Below, one piece after another: positions 63,281 to 64,000 of a stretch of DNA of 64,000 bases. The stretch is from Candidatus Kaiserbacteria bacterium. Lineage in GTDB: Bacteria > Patescibacteriota > Minisyncoccia > Phycocordibacterales > JABMNX01. Position numbers and translations under genes: made by a program. The notes beneath the pieces were generated by a model that saw nothing but the letters and a program-made list of their open reading frames with translations, did not search any database and had not been told where the DNA came from. The stretch's first letter is position 1, and every line of letters starts with the position of its first letter. Where the stretch lies: the NCBI GenBank assembly GCA_016186705.1, contig JACPLB010000001.1, positions 11,106 through 75,105 on the forward strand. Direction: 5' to 3'.

Positions 63281-64000
63281 ATGAAAATAACCAGAAACAT
63301 AGCGTACGGAACCATTGCACTGGTAATAGTTGCAATAATTGTAATCCTATCGTACACCGATAACTTTGCTGGCAATCAAAAAGGAGATGGAGAAAAAGTC
63401 AAAATTGGCGTCATTATGCCCTTTTCCGGAGAATTGGCTGTTTTTGGCGATAGTGCGAGACAAGGGATAGAAACCGCATTAATCCAAAGTGGGGCAGATA
63501 AGGATTCGGTGGAAATTCTATATGAAGATACGGAGGGATTTTCTACGCAAGGAGCACTAAGCGCTTTCAAAAAGCTTGTTGAACAAGATAACGCGCGCAT
63601 TATCATTGGACCGTTTGGACCGGCTCAAGTACTTACCGTCGCTCCCGATACAAAAAAATACGGGGATTTAACTATTATCGGAATGAGTAATTGTGATGAC
63701 CGATTTAAGGAGTACGCAAGCATTTTCTGCATTTATCCGGGAATCGAAGAGCAAGTAAATTTTACGCTAGAAAAGATGCAAAACGCCGGCCTTGAAAACG
63801 TGTATCTTTTTACGGAGCAGAGCGAGTTCGGGCTATTGGTAGAAAATATATTACAGGAACGGCAAGATACCAATTTTATCGGCTCGGAAAAAGTGGTTGC
63901 CGGGCAAACAAAAGATTTCCGAACATTGATTGCCAAGGCGGTAAGCAAAAGACCTGACGTCATTTATGCAATGTTTGCGCCTAACGAGGGATTTGTCATG
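63281..64000 (+). CDS. Liv-type periplasmic substrate-binding protein (paralog E), 3'-truncated by the window edge
   Basis: Signal anchor and KVKIGVIMPFSGELAVFGDSARQGIETAL; divergent from the TrmB regulator gene. Confidence 0.7.
   Translation, partial: MKITRNIAYGTIALVIVAIIVILSYTDNFAGNQKGDGEKVKIGVIMPFSGELAVFGDSARQGIETALIQSGADKDSVEILYEDTEGFSTQGALSAFKKLVEQDNARIIIGPFGPAQVLTVAPDTKKYGDLTIIGMSNCDDRFKEYASIFCIYPGIEEQVNFTLEKMQNAGLENVYLFTEQSEFGLLVENILQERQDTNFIGSEKVVAGQTKDFRTLIAKAVSKRPDVIYAMFAPNEGFVM

Overview
This 64 kb window looks like it comes from a small-genome, probably ultra-small (CPR/Parcubacteria-like) bacterium. That guess rests on the gene content and has no database support: many short housekeeping proteins, a class I LysRS, a short editing-domain-less ProRS, a 90-aa MreD, GTG/TTG starts and weak Shine-Dalgarno sequences. 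Most of the window is core cell-envelope and translation machinery. The plus-strand gene runs are murA-mreB(1); holB; frr; rseP; proS; mreB(2)-mreC-mreD-mrdA(PBP2); greA; lysK; and mraZ-rsmH-ftsL-ftsI-murF. After an AT-rich insert the plus strand continues with tRNA-Glu(CUC), mpg, a CaCA antiporter, a P-type ATPase, rmuC and rplU. On the minus strand there are yqeY, recR, dnaB, a PurM-like gene, cysS and corA, then ctpA, rplI and rpmA nearby. Further along come an exonuclease, a LOG-family gene, DoxX, DUF378 and an M23 peptidase, then gltX-murG-ftsW-mraY, dacA, scpB-scpA, aspS and trpS. The window ends with a Liv-type ABC transporter that has at least five paralogous substrate-binding proteins around a TrmB-family regulator. 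No rRNA, CRISPR array, integrase or transposase is visible.

The parts worth a second look are these:
- A ~450 bp ORF-free stretch (42770-43215) holding three consecutive plus-strand hairpin+U-tract transcripts of unidentified ncRNA class.
- A dispersed ~30-nt element built from four AAGCTNN heptads that sits immediately 5' of the start codons of rseP, rsmH, tRNA-Glu, recR, rpmA and an exonuclease gene.
- A ~1.2 kb AT-rich insert between murF and tRNA-Glu carrying a HicB-like/HicA-like pair plus two small minus-strand peptide ORFs.
- A compositionally deviant (AT-rich) lone PurM-like gene.
- A candidate MraZ operator with three GTGGG direct repeats.
- Two MreB paralogs and a dcw cluster split across ~27 kb.

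All functional calls are made by eye from motifs in the translated ORFs. No database search was run.
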